NCBI GenBank assembly: GCA_964441275.1
Contig: CAYTUG010000001.1
Span: forward strand, 80,532 to 144,531
DNA: 64,000 nt
Direction: 5' to 3'
Origin: an uncultured Christensenellaceae bacterium
GTDB lineage: Bacteria > Bacillota > Clostridia > Christensenellales > SZUA-584
How positions within the stretch are numbered: position 1 is the stretch's first letter; every line of letters starts with the position of its first letter. Of the stretch, positions 18,220 through 27,937 are shown piece after piece. A program made the position numbers and the translations under genes. The notes under the pieces are model-generated. The model did not search any database, was not told the DNA's origin, and saw nothing but the letters and a program-made list of their open reading frames with translations.

Positions 18220-18939
18220 ATGAAAAACGATATTGTTTGTTTGCAAAAGTCAATAGAACAAAGTAATAATATTGTGTTTTTAGGCGGTGCGGGCGTATCT
18301 ACCGAAAGCGGCATACCCGACTTTAGAAGCTCAGGCGGGCTTTACAACAAAGAAAATTCATATAAGCCCGAGACTATATTATCAAGCAGTTTCTTTTCCT
18401 CATACACCCTTGAATTTTTTACGTTTTATAAAAAGCACATGGTTTTCTTGGATGCGCAGCCAAGCGCCGCACACAAGAAATTAGCGGAGCTTGAAACCGC
18501 AGGCAAGTTAAAAGCGCTTATAACACAAAATATAGACGGACTGCATCAAAAGGCGGGAAGCAAAAAAGTGCTTGAGCTGCACGGCTCGGTATACAGAAAC
18601 ACATGTCTAAAATGTGGCAAACAATACGGCATATCTTATATAATGCAAAGTGATGGAATCCCAATATGTTCGTGCGGCGGCATTGTAAAGCCGGACGTAG
18701 TATTATATGAAGAACCTTTGAATATGGCGGTTTTTGACGAAGCTATCAGGTTTATCTCTCAGTCAGACCTGCTTATTGTGGGCGGCACATCTTTAGCTGT
18801 TTATCCTGCGGCAGGGCTTGTCAACTATTGCGCCGGCGAATTAGTTCTTATAAACAAACAGCAAACCCCTTACGATACGAAAGCAAATAATGTTTTCCGG
18901 CAGAGTATAGGCGAAGTGCTTGGCGCATTAAAAATTTAG
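18220..18939 (+). CDS. NAD-dependent protein deacylase (Sir2 family)
   Basis: GAGVSTESGIPDFRS, TQNIDGLH, the zinc ribbon CLKCG...CSCGG, and VGGTSLAVYPA. Confidence 0.92.
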   Translation: MKNDIVCLQKSIEQSNNIVFLGGAGVSTESGIPDFRSSGGLYNKENSYKPETILSSSFFSSYTLEFFTFYKKHMVFLDAQPSAAHKKLAELETAGKLKALITQNIDGLHQKAGSKKVLELHGSVYRNTCLKCGKQYGISYIMQSDGIPICSCGGIVKPDVVLYEEPLNMAVFDEAIRFISQSDLLIVGGTSLAVYPAAGLVNYCAGELVLINKQQTPYDTKANNVFRQSIGEVLGALKI

Positions 18940-19014
18940 CTTAAAACCCACGCTTTTTTTTATTTTTAAGTCGTGCTATAATCATAAACGTCAGACAGTT
19001 ATACGGAGGTTTTG

Positions 19015-20013
19015 ATGAAAAAAAGGACTGGCTTTTTAATATTATTATGCTTTCTTTTGCTTTTGTGCGCTTGCACAAACGAAAGCGAAGATAAACCGGC
19101 AGATGAAGACGATGATCCGGACGATGTGATTATTGATTCGCGCATTCAAATAGGGTTTAGCCTTTCGCAAGAGGGCGCTTTTTATGAGCAGTTTAAAATA
19201 GATGTTGAAAACATCTGCGGGCGGTTAAACTATAAACCAATCATCATGACTGCTAAAGACGTGCAACAACAACTGCGCGATATTAAATCTATGCTCTCGT
19301 CGGGTGCGCGGGTAATTGTTATTGACCCGGTAAACGGAGATAAGCTGGAAGAGGTGGTGGCCGAGTGCGAATCGTCCGATGTGCCTGTCGTTGGTATACT
19401 ACGGGATATAAACACTAATTACAGCACACTTATATCCATTGAATATAAAGCCGTGGGAGAGGCGATAGCCAACCATGCATCCGAACTGTTTTCGCAAAAC
19501 GACGAAGGCGGGCGGTGCGCAATATTAAGGCAGGATTTTAGCAGTTGCGCATCTCAACTTTTAACCGATGGTTTTATTAACATGCTAAATGCAAACGAAA
19601 AGCTGTCGCTGTTTTCTGAAATACCTTGCGAAACCGAAGAGCAGGCATATAACGAATGCAAAAAAATTATATCCGTTGAAGGCGTGAATTATATTTACGC
19701 ACACAATTCTAATCTTGCGCGCGGCGCAATGCGAGCGATTAAAGAAAGCCAAAAGAAAGCGTACCTTGCGTTCTTCGGAGCAGATATGGATTTAATAAAA
19801 TCCGTAGAATCTAAAGATATTGAAATGGCGGTATTTATAGGCTCGGAAGAATTAGCCGAGTATTCTATGGGAGTTGCCAACGAATTTATTAACAGCGCAA
19901 CATACGAGCCTATTTCCTACATACCGCTAACAATAAATATAGCGACGTCCGAAAGCGCTGCAAAATATGTCTCGGAGTCGCTTTCTGCACAAGTCGTCGA
20001 GGATCAGGAATAA
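19015..20013 (+). CDS. Lipoprotein with periplasmic-binding-protein (sugar/LacI-type) fold, orphan
   Basis: Lipobox LLLLCAC after a signal peptide, then an acidic linker. The alternating beta-alpha pattern (IGFSLS..., RVIVIDPV..., VPVVGILRD...) is typical of type I periplasmic binding proteins. No ABC permease or ATPase is adjacent. Confidence 0.6.
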   Translation: MKKRTGFLILLCFLLLLCACTNESEDKPADEDDDPDDVIIDSRIQIGFSLSQEGAFYEQFKIDVENICGRLNYKPIIMTAKDVQQQLRDIKSMLSSGARVIVIDPVNGDKLEEVVAECESSDVPVVGILRDINTNYSTLISIEYKAVGEAIANHASELFSQNDEGGRCAILRQDFSSCASQLLTDGFINMLNANEKLSLFSEIPCETEEQAYNECKKIISVEGVNYIYAHNSNLARGAMRAIKESQKKAYLAFFGADMDLIKSVESKDIEMAVFIGSEELAEYSMGVANEFINSATYEPISYIPLTINIATSESAAKYVSESLSAQVVEDQE

Positions 20014-20048
20014 TTTGCACAACGCAAAGGGGCCAAAAGCCGGAATAA

Positions 20049-20888
20049 TTATTCTTGTATATAGGATATCCCCACACAACCGGGCCCGGCATGTGTGCCT
20101 ATAACACCGCCGATCTCGCAAACATGATTACGGCCAATATCCAAATGCGAACTTAAAAAATTCGTAAATTCTTTTAACATTTCAGGCGCGTTTGAATGTC
20201 CTAAACATTTTATGTATTTTTCATCGGGCGGGCTCTCTTTTATCTGATTAAGCACCCAAAGATAAGCGGCTTTATGCCCTCTAACCCTGCCAACCGCTTT
20301 AACTTCGCCGTTTATCACGGACACTAACGGCTTAATATTTAGTATTTCCCCTATCAAAGCTGCCGATGAAGACAGTCTGCCCCCCATTTTTAAGTATTTT
20401 AGAGTATTGACAATCGCCAAGAACTTAATTCTGCCCGTAAGCCGCAAAAGCTGCCGGTGGATATCCTTTGCACATATTCCTTTATCCCTTAGCGCAATAG
20501 CCTCGTAAACTAAAATAGCAAGCCCCATAGTAGCGGATTTAGAATCAACAAGATAAATATCATCCGAACCTACCATATCCTTAGCTATGACGGCCGATTG
20601 ATATGTGCCGCTTAATTTGCTCGATATAACTATCAAAATAACTTCGTCTCCGGCATCGGTATATTTTTTAAACAGTTTGTGAAAATATTCAGGATTTACC
20701 TGGGAAGTAGAAGGAAGGACGGGGCTTTTACTTAACATTTCATAAAATTGTTCCTTTTTTAAGTCCACACCATCCAAATATTTTTTGTCGCCGAAAATTA
20801 CACTTAGCGAAGCTATTTCTATCCCCAATGTTTTTTGTTCTTCAAGCGGTATATCGCTAGTGCTGTCTGTGATAATTCTAATCGCCAA
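20049..20888 (-). CDS. DegV family fatty-acid-binding protein
   Basis: MAIRIITDSTSDIPLEE...IASLSVIFGDKKYLDGVDL... matches DegV over its full length. Confidence 0.9.
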   Translation of the reverse strand: MAIRIITDSTSDIPLEEQKTLGIEIASLSVIFGDKKYLDGVDLKKEQFYEMLSKSPVLPSTSQVNPEYFHKLFKKYTDAGDEVILIVISSKLSGTYQSAVIAKDMVGSDDIYLVDSKSATMGLAILVYEAIALRDKGICAKDIHRQLLRLTGRIKFLAIVNTLKYLKMGGRLSSSAALIGEILNIKPLVSVINGEVKAVGRVRGHKAAYLWVLNQIKESPPDEKYIKCLGHSNAPEMLKEFTNFLSSHLDIGRNHVCEIGGVIGTHAGPGCVGISYIQE

Positions 20889-20903
20889 AATGCGCCTCCA
20901 GTG

Positions 20904-21359
20904 TTATTTATTTTTTAGGAAAAACGATTCTAAACTCTTAAGTCCCCTTACTAAAACTTCAACTTCTTCTGAGGACAGCACTGCTAAAACATCATCGATC
21001 ATTTTTTCATGAAAAGCCTGATGCATCAAATCGGCACGCCCTCCTTTTTCAGTAAGATAAATCCGCACAATACGCTTATCGTGTGCGTCTTTTTTTCTTA
21101 AAATATAGCCTTTTCTGTCAAGAAGCTTTACTGCCGTAGTAAGGGTGCCTGCAGAAATATTAAGAGCTTGTGCGATATCGGAAGAGCGGTTGTTACCGCT
21201 TCTTTGAGCATCAGCAACAGCCTCAATAACGTGCGTTTCCCGAACTGAAAGATTTTTAAACTCTCCCGTTTTAAGACAGTCTTCCTCTATACACAATATT
21301 TGGTTGAATACTTTAACAAGAAAATAATTGAGTTCTTTACTTAAATCTATTGTAACCAC
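20904..21359 (-). CDS. MarR family transcriptional regulator
   Basis: 151 aa with a GTG start. Winged HTH: SSDIAQALNISAGTLTTAVKLLDRKGYILRKKDAHDKRIVRIYLTEKG. Confidence 0.85.
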   Translation of the reverse strand: MVTIDLSKELNYFLVKVFNQILCIEEDCLKTGEFKNLSVRETHVIEAVADAQRSGNNRSSDIAQALNISAGTLTTAVKLLDRKGYILRKKDAHDKRIVRIYLTEKGGRADLMHQAFHEKMIDDVLAVLSSEEVEVLVRGLKSLESFFLKNK

Positions 21360-21368
21360 CCCAAAAAG

Positions 21369-21383
21369 GTTTGATGTTCAAAC
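21369..21383. promoter_or_regulatory. Inverted repeat GTTTGA-tgt-TCAAAC, candidate operator
   Basis: A perfect 6-bp inverted repeat lies 10 nt upstream of the marR-family gene start, in the marR/rnfC divergent region. Confidence 0.25.
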
Positions 21384-21619
21384 AATTTATTATTATATAT
21401 AATTGGAGTTTCCATGTCAACATAAATCGTCAAATAATCTGTTATTGGCAAGTTGTAAAATGAATTATCCTTTTTTCTACAATTTGGGTTATCAAAAGCA
21501 CCGCTTTTTGCTCTTATATTTTTTTATTCAGTTACACAATTACATAATTATTTGTGCTATAATAACTGACTGAAACAATATACAAAAATTCAAAGGACTT
21601 TAAGGATTAAGGAGATATT

Positions 21620-22939
21620 ATGTCAGCTAAGTTATCTTTTAGCGGCGGCGTTCATCCTCTCTCGCGCACACACCATGGCAAAAAGCAAACAGAGAATTGC
21701 GCAATAGAGCCGTGCAGTGCTCCGGACGAAATTGTGCTGCCTCTGTCCCAGCACATCGGCGCACCGTCACAGCCAATAGTAAATGTTGGCGACAAAGTGG
21801 ATTTGGGTCAAAAAATTGCCGAAGCGTGCGGGTTTGTAAGCGTTCCGTGCTTCTCAAGCGTATCCGGCACAGTTAAGGCAATAGAACCAAGACCGCACAT
21901 TTGCGGCACTATGAAGCCTTGTATAGTAATAACCAACGATCATGAAGACAGGCTTTGCGAGCAAATAAAAAGCAAAGGCGAAGCGTTTACGCCTGAATTG
22001 GTAATAGAATCAATAAAGGCCGCGGGCATAGTGGGTATGGGAGGAGCTGCATTTCCCACCCACGTTAAGCTGTCTCCCCCGCCCGGGAAACCAATAGATA
22101 CAATAATAGTAAACGGTGCGGAATGCGAGCCGTATTTGACCGCCGATCATAGAATTATGCTCGAGCATCCAAAAGAGGTTGTTTTGGGCTTAAAGGCTGT
22201 TGTGAAAGCTCTGAACGCAAAAAATTGCTACATTGGCATTGAGGATAACAAACCCGATGCTATAAAAGCCATTTCTGAAGCTGCGAAGGAACCCCCCTTA
22301 GAAGTTAAGGTGCTAAGGGTTAAGTACCCGCAAGGCGCCGAAAAACAGCTTATATATTCAATCACGAAAAGGCAGGTGCCCTCGTGCGGGCTTCCTATGG
22401 ATGTGGGCGTAATAGTTATCAACGCCTCAACCGCATACCAGATTTATCTGTCGCTTTACAAGGGTTTGCCCCTTTATGAAAGGGTAGTCACCGTAACCGG
22501 AAGCGTTAAGCGGCCTTCCAACCTGCTTGTAAGGCTTGGAACGCCAATAAGACACGTTATTGACAGCGTTGGCGGATTTACCGGCAAAGTTGAAAAAGTT
22601 ATAGCCGGCGGGCCAATGATGGGTTTAACTCAACATAATCTTGATTCCGCCGTAACTAAAGGCACATCCGGAATACTTGTATTGGACGAACATATGGCGC
22701 ATATGAAGCAAGAATCCTTCTGTATACGTTGCGGCAGGTGCGTTAAGGCTTGCCCTATGGGGCTTTTGCCTTATCTTTTAAGCGATTTTACGGAGCATAA
22801 CAAAATTGACGATGCTAAAAAATATCACGCTATAGATTGTATTGAATGCGGATGCTGCTCTTATGCTTGCCCCTCAAGCCGCCATTTAGTCCAGCGTATC
22901 CGGCTTGCCAAAAATCAGATATTGAGCAAAAACTGCTGA
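21620..22939 (+). CDS. rnfC: Rnf electron transport complex subunit C
   Basis: SD AAGGAG. GIVGMGGAAFPTHVKL, two 4Fe-4S motifs (CIRCGRCVKACP, CIECGCCSYACP), and first position in the rnfCDGEAB order. Confidence 0.93.
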   Translation: MSAKLSFSGGVHPLSRTHHGKKQTENCAIEPCSAPDEIVLPLSQHIGAPSQPIVNVGDKVDLGQKIAEACGFVSVPCFSSVSGTVKAIEPRPHICGTMKPCIVITNDHEDRLCEQIKSKGEAFTPELVIESIKAAGIVGMGGAAFPTHVKLSPPPGKPIDTIIVNGAECEPYLTADHRIMLEHPKEVVLGLKAVVKALNAKNCYIGIEDNKPDAIKAISEAAKEPPLEVKVLRVKYPQGAEKQLIYSITKRQVPSCGLPMDVGVIVINASTAYQIYLSLYKGLPLYERVVTVTGSVKRPSNLLVRLGTPIRHVIDSVGGFTGKVEKVIAGGPMMGLTQHNLDSAVTKGTSGILVLDEHMAHMKQESFCIRCGRCVKACPMGLLPYLLSDFTEHNKIDDAKKYHAIDCIECGCCSYACPSSRHLVQRIRLAKNQILSKNC

Positions 22940-22971
22940 TCATAAGTTTTTAACATAAGTTGGAGGTGTTT

Positions 22972-23934
22972 ATGGATAAGTATGTTATGTCATCATCGCC
23001 GCATATACGTTCGGCCGTTACCACTGAAAAAATAATGCGCGATGTTTTAATTGCCCTGCTGCCGGCTTCCGCGGCCGGGATAATTATATTCGGATTAGGC
23101 TCGCTTTGGATAATGCTGATTTGCGTTGCATCATCAATGTTTTTCGAAGCGTTGCTGCAACTTATTATGCGCAAAAAGGTTACCGTTTTAGACGGCAGCG
23201 CTGCGGTAACGGGGCTTTTATTGGCGCTCAATTTGCCGCCTATGGATATTGCATACTGGTGGGTCCCGGTGATGGGCTCCCTTTTTGCGATAGGAATTGT
23301 AAAACAATGCTTTGGCGGGCTGGGACATAACTTTGTTAACCCCGCGCTTGCGGCGCGCGCGTTTCTTGTGATATCTTGGCCAAAAATTATGACCGCTTGG
23401 GCTTTACCCGCAAGCGCAACGGCAATTGCGCTTGCCGATGGGGTCTCAACTGCGACGCCTCTTGCCGCGCTTAAAACCGGCGAGTCATTATCTTCTTATA
23501 TTGATATGTTTCTCGGCAATGTTGGCGGATGTATAGGCGAGACAAGCGCGTTGGCTCTTTTGATTGGCGGAATATACTTAATAGCACGCAAAGTTATCGA
23601 TGCTACAATCCCGGTAATATACATCGGCACTGTGGCGGTTTTCACCTTCATCGCCGGGCCGGCAGGGTTTTTTACGGGCGATGCGCTCTATCATGTATTA
23701 GGCGGAGGCCTGATGCTCGGAGCCGTATTTATGGCGACGGATTACACCACCTCTCCCATGACAGGTAAAGGGAAAGCCGTATTTGCTTTAGGGTGCGGTG
23801 TTTTAACAAGCATATTTAGGCTTTGGGGAGGCAACCCCGAAGGCGTTTCATATTCTATACTTCTTATGAACCTTGTTGTACCTCTTATCAACAAGGCATT
23901 TGTTCCAAAGCTTTTCGGAGGTGCGGCCAAATGA
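22972..23934 (+). CDS. rnfD: Rnf complex subunit D
   Basis: GGAGG lies 5 nt before ATG 22972. Polytopic NqrB/RnfD-like protein with the FMN-attachment region GVSTATPL. Confidence 0.92.
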   Translation: MDKYVMSSSPHIRSAVTTEKIMRDVLIALLPASAAGIIIFGLGSLWIMLICVASSMFFEALLQLIMRKKVTVLDGSAAVTGLLLALNLPPMDIAYWWVPVMGSLFAIGIVKQCFGGLGHNFVNPALAARAFLVISWPKIMTAWALPASATAIALADGVSTATPLAALKTGESLSSYIDMFLGNVGGCIGETSALALLIGGIYLIARKVIDATIPVIYIGTVAVFTFIAGPAGFFTGDALYHVLGGGLMLGAVFMATDYTTSPMTGKGKAVFALGCGVLTSIFRLWGGNPEGVSYSILLMNLVVPLINKAFVPKLFGGAAK

Positions 23935-24506
23935 AACCAATATTCACAATAACTCTTAAATTGCTCGTTATAACAATTGTTGCGGCAGCGATGCTCGGGT
24001 ATGTTTACAGCATAACTTATGAGCCTATACAAGAACAAACGCAAAGGAAATCCGACGAGGCGCGGTTTAAAGCGTTCCCCCAAGCTGTCTCGTTCGAACA
24101 AATGCCTGAAGATATACCGGAACAATACAAGATAATTAGGTCTGTGCACACTGCGCTTGACAAAGACGGGAATGCAATGGGCATAACCGCATCCGTAAAA
24201 ACCAAGGGATACGGCTCGGATCTTAATTTAACCGTCGGTTTGGGGGCGGACGGAGTAATTAAAGGCGTTGTTTTAGGCGCCCATAACGAAACGCCCGGGC
24301 TGGGGGCAAAGGCTGCCGATGCCGATTTTATCGGCCAGTACACCGGAAAGCCTATGGATAAACCGCTTGACGTTGTTAAGAAGACGCCCTTAGAACAAAA
24401 CGAAATCCAGGCTATAGGCAGTGCGACTATAACAAGCAAGGGCATAACTTTAGCCGTAAACACGGTTATTGATTATTATCGGCAAGCTATGGGAGGCGCG
24501 CAATGA
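23931..24506 (+). CDS. rnfG: Rnf complex subunit G
   Basis: ATGA overlap with the rnfD stop. An N-terminal TM helix (MKPIFTITLKLLVITIVAAAML) is followed by an FMN-binding domain (GHNETPGLG...SGATITS-like GSATITSKG). Confidence 0.9.
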   Translation: MKPIFTITLKLLVITIVAAAMLGYVYSITYEPIQEQTQRKSDEARFKAFPQAVSFEQMPEDIPEQYKIIRSVHTALDKDGNAMGITASVKTKGYGSDLNLTVGLGADGVIKGVVLGAHNETPGLGAKAADADFIGQYTGKPMDKPLDVVKKTPLEQNEIQAIGSATITSKGITLAVNTVIDYYRQAMGGAQ

Positions 24507-25120
24507 AAACAAAACCTTTATCGATAATTAAAAACGGCCTTTTCAACGAGAATCCTACTTTTAGGCTTGTGCTTGGCATGTGCCCAACGCTTGCCATAAC
24601 GACAAACCTGTTTAACGGCATAGGGATGGGTTTAGCGGCCACTTTTGTTCTTATCGGCTCTAACTCGGTAATATCGCTGCTGCGCAATTTTATTCCCGAC
24701 AAGGTGCGCATACCGGCCTATGTTGTGGTTATCGCAGCGTTTGTTACAATAGTGCAGCTGTTGCTTAAAGCCTATTTGCCCGCGCTCGACGATTCTTTAG
24801 GGCTTTTTATTCCGCTTATAGTGGTCAACTGCATAATACTCGGGCGCGCCGAAGCTTTTGCAGGCAAAAACAGCGTAGGCGCATCTTTTCTTGACGGGGT
24901 TGGCATGGGACTTGGGTTTACGGGCGCGTTGCTTATTATATCGCTGTTTAGAGAAATTTTAGGCAACGGCACACTATTTGGCGCACAACTGTTTGGAGAG
25001 AACTTTTCTCCCATTCTTTTTATGATACAGCCCCCGGGCGGTTTTATAACGCTTGGGCTGTTGCTCGGGGCGTTAAACAAACTATCCATTATGCGTAAAC
25101 AAAGGAAGGGGGCACATTGA
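24503..25120 (+). CDS. rnfE: Rnf complex subunit E
   Basis: ATGA overlap with rnfG. The N-terminus (NPTFRLVLGMCPTLA) and overall sequence are NqrD/RnfE-like. Confidence 0.92.
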   Translation: MKTKPLSIIKNGLFNENPTFRLVLGMCPTLAITTNLFNGIGMGLAATFVLIGSNSVISLLRNFIPDKVRIPAYVVVIAAFVTIVQLLLKAYLPALDDSLGLFIPLIVVNCIILGRAEAFAGKNSVGASFLDGVGMGLGFTGALLIISLFREILGNGTLFGAQLFGENFSPILFMIQPPGGFITLGLLLGALNKLSIMRKQRKGAH

Positions 25121-25695
25121 TGGAAAAGCTGCTTATAATACTTTTAAGTACAATATTTATAAACAACTTTGTGCTTTCAAAGTTTCTCGGCATTTGTCCG
25201 TTCTTGGGAGTGTCAAAAAAGGTGGAAACCGCCATAGGCATGGGGTTTGCGGTAACATTCGTTATGGCATTGGCTTCAGTGATGTCTTACTTTGTTCATT
25301 ATTTCCTGCTTGTGCCGCTTAAAATCGAATACATGCAAACCATTGCTTTTATACTCGTTATAGCGGCGCTCGTTCAGCTTGTCGAAATGGTGTTGCAAAA
25401 GCTCGTACCCGCTTTATACCAAGCGCTCGGCGTATATCTGCCGCTGATTACTACCAACTGTGCGGTATTAGGCGTAGCAATAATAAACATCACTGAAGAG
25501 TATAACCTTATTGAAACGCTCGTAAACGGCATAGGCGGCGCAATTGGGTTTACGCTGTCAATAGTGCTTTTTGCCGGGATACGCGAAAGGCTTGAAACGG
25601 CGGCGATACCCGAACCACTAAAAGGGTTTCCGATAGCTCTTATTTCTGCAGGATTGATGGCGATAGCCTTTACGGGCTTCGCAGGCTTAATATAG
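25120..25695 (+). CDS. rnfA: Rnf complex subunit A
   Basis: The start overlaps the rnfE stop. NqrE/RnfA-like (FINNFVLSKFLGICPFLGVS...LPLITTNCAVLG). Confidence 0.92.
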   Translation: MEKLLIILLSTIFINNFVLSKFLGICPFLGVSKKVETAIGMGFAVTFVMALASVMSYFVHYFLLVPLKIEYMQTIAFILVIAALVQLVEMVLQKLVPALYQALGVYLPLITTNCAVLGVAIINITEEYNLIETLVNGIGGAIGFTLSIVLFAGIRERLETAAIPEPLKGFPIALISAGLMAIAFTGFAGLI

Positions 25696-25708
25696 CGGGA
25701 GGAATGCT

Positions 25709-26536
25709 ATGCTTTATGAAATAATTTGGCCTGTTGCTGCGCTCGGCGGCTTAGGTTTAGTTTTGGGGCTCGGGCTTGCCGTGGCATCAAAGCTGTTAGT
25801 GGTCAATACAGATCCAAATATAGAAAAGATAAGAGAGCTGCTCCCGGGCGCTAACTGCGGCGGCTGCGGTTTTCCCGGCTGCGACGGGTTCGCAAAAGCT
25901 TTAGCCTCCGGCGAGGCGGAAATATCTTCATGCTGCCCTCTCTCGTACGAAAACTTCAAAGCAATTGCGCAGATTTTAGGGGTGGATTCAAAACCGGGGG
26001 AAAAGATGGTGGCGCGTATATTATGCAGGGGTTGTGCGGATAATTGTACAAGCCAATATGATTACTTCGGAGTCAGCGACTGCCGTGCAGCCGCTATGTT
26101 AGCAGGCGGCCCTTCAGCTTGCGAATACGGTTGTGTGGGGCTTTTATCATGCGCTGATGCTTGCACTTTTGACGCCATCTATAAAGACGAAAAAGGAATT
26201 GTGCAAGTGGACGAAGATAAATGCACGGGATGCAACCGGTGCGTTGAAGTCTGCCCCAAAAACAGCATTGTGCTTATGCCTAAAAGCAGCGGCGTTTATG
26301 TAAGCTGCCATACAGCCAATAAGGGCAAAGCTGTGGCAACGGTGTGTAAGGCGGGTTGCATCGGTTGTTCTCTTTGCGCTAAAAAGTGCCCAGAAGGAGC
26401 AATAACAATGGTCAACAATCTGCCGGTTATAGATTACGATAAGTGCACAGGCTGCGGCATATGCGTAGAAGTCTGTCCCAAAGATACTATAGTCATGTCC
26501 AAACATGGAAATGCCCGCTCCTGCAGGGAAGATTAA
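25709..26536 (+). CDS. rnfB: Rnf complex subunit B (polyferredoxin)
   Basis: SD GGGAGG. An N-terminal TM helix, then the CGGCGFPGCDGFA motif, then several CxxCxxCxxxCP ferredoxin motifs. Confidence 0.92.
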   Translation: MLYEIIWPVAALGGLGLVLGLGLAVASKLLVVNTDPNIEKIRELLPGANCGGCGFPGCDGFAKALASGEAEISSCCPLSYENFKAIAQILGVDSKPGEKMVARILCRGCADNCTSQYDYFGVSDCRAAAMLAGGPSACEYGCVGLLSCADACTFDAIYKDEKGIVQVDEDKCTGCNRCVEVCPKNSIVLMPKSSGVYVSCHTANKGKAVATVCKAGCIGCSLCAKKCPEGAITMVNNLPVIDYDKCTGCGICVEVCPKDTIVMSKHGNARSCRED

Positions 26537-26537
26537 A

Positions 26538-27110
26538 ATGGAACATTTCAACGGACGGCGCGTAATACTTGCTTCCGAGTCTGCGCGCCGCCAAAAGCTT
26601 CTTTCGCTTTTGATACCTAAATTTGATATCATACCAAGCAGCGTTGCGGAAAATGCAAACGCAACGCCGATAAATCAAGTAAAAGCGTTAGCCTACAGCA
26701 AGGCGGCACAAATAGCTGCGCTTTTCCCCCATGCGCTTGTAATTGGTGCGGACACGCTTGTTTTTTTAGGCTCCAAAACGCTTGGCAAACCCAAAGATAA
26801 GGAAGAAGCAAGGCATATGCTGCGCTTGCTTTCGGGGCGAATGCACAAAGTTTCCACAGGCGTTTGCATTATTTGCGGGAAACAAAAACAAATATGCGCA
26901 ACATCAACCAAAGTTCGTTTTGCGGATATTTGTGATGACGAGATAGAATCATACTTAAATACTGGCGAATCAATGGATAAAGCGGGTGCTTATGGCATAC
27001 AAGGGCAATTTTCGAAACATATTAAGTATATACACGGATGTTACTTCAATGTGATGGGGCTTCCGCTTAACACCCTGTACAATATGTTAAAGCAATTCCC
27101 ACAAACATGA
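26538..27110 (+). CDS. maf: Maf-like nucleoside triphosphate pyrophosphatase
   Basis: The start, MEHFNGRRVILASESARRQKLL, lies 1 nt after the rnfB stop. GADTLV...GKP, AGAYGIQG. Confidence 0.88.
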   Translation: MEHFNGRRVILASESARRQKLLSLLIPKFDIIPSSVAENANATPINQVKALAYSKAAQIAALFPHALVIGADTLVFLGSKTLGKPKDKEEARHMLRLLSGRMHKVSTGVCIICGKQKQICATSTKVRFADICDDEIESYLNTGESMDKAGAYGIQGQFSKHIKYIHGCYFNVMGLPLNTLYNMLKQFPQT

Positions 27111-27434
27111 ACATTATATCACATTTCCAAACACCAGGTTAATTGTTCGCCTTTTTGGGGAGCATCACATCATAATCTTTTTAATCTTTATTGCGGCACA
27201 GAATAGAACGGCTGCTAAATATATGCTCTTGCTGTTCGTATAAACATAACATACCAGTTTTAAAACGCTTAAGCAACGCAATACCGGCTGAAAATAAACT
27301 TTTAGCCGGTATTGCATTTGCGCTAAAGCCACATGTCGCACAAAGAATAAACGTTAGCTTATGATACAATATGTGCTGTTATGTTCGGCAATTTATGTGC
27401 GTTATAAATTAATTGCGGACGCTCCTTAACGATA

Positions 27435-27707
27435 TTACTTTTTTATGTTTGCATATTCCCTTGCTCTGTTTGTAATCTCCAACCAAAACGGTATCCTGTT
27501 GTCGGTTTCCCTTTCCGTATGTTTCGCAAGAAATTCACATTCTATCAGTGAATATATTATTCCTAAAAACTCTTGCGATTCGCTTTCCTCCATAATCTCT
27601 ACCAGATTATCAACTGCAAATGTCAGCGAAACGCCGGGCGGCAGTTCCTTTTCAATCTCTAAAAGCTTTTTTAAAACCCTTTCTTGTTCTTTATTTAATG
27701 ATTTCAT
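27435..27707 (-). CDS. Hypothetical acidic helical protein (90 aa)
   Basis: Strong SD (AGGAGGT + 6 nt) before ATG 27707 (MKSLNKEQERVLKKLLEIEKEL). The flanks are AT-rich. I recognise no family. Confidence 0.6.
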   Translation of the reverse strand: MKSLNKEQERVLKKLLEIEKELPPGVSLTFAVDNLVEIMEESESQEFLGIIYSLIECEFLAKHTERETDNRIPFWLEITNRAREYANIKK

Positions 27708-27937
27708 GTGTGACCTCCTGTTGTGACCCAGTTGTATTTTGTTATTATACATCATTTTTTTAATAACACAATGATAATAAATGTATCTTAAAAGATTGTT
27801 TAAACAGAACGCATGATTTGAAATCTTATTATTGAACTGGTTTTATTAAACAAAACTATTATGACAATCGAGTTTTTATGTATAAAAACAAACACACATA
27901 GAAATAATTATACAATTAAGAAATCCGGAGGTTGTTG

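Noticed and set aside
27282-27311. The hairpin TACCGGCT-n14-AGCCGGTA after maf as an intrinsic terminator.
   Set aside because: The loop is long and there is no clear U-tract on either strand. It is left unannotated.
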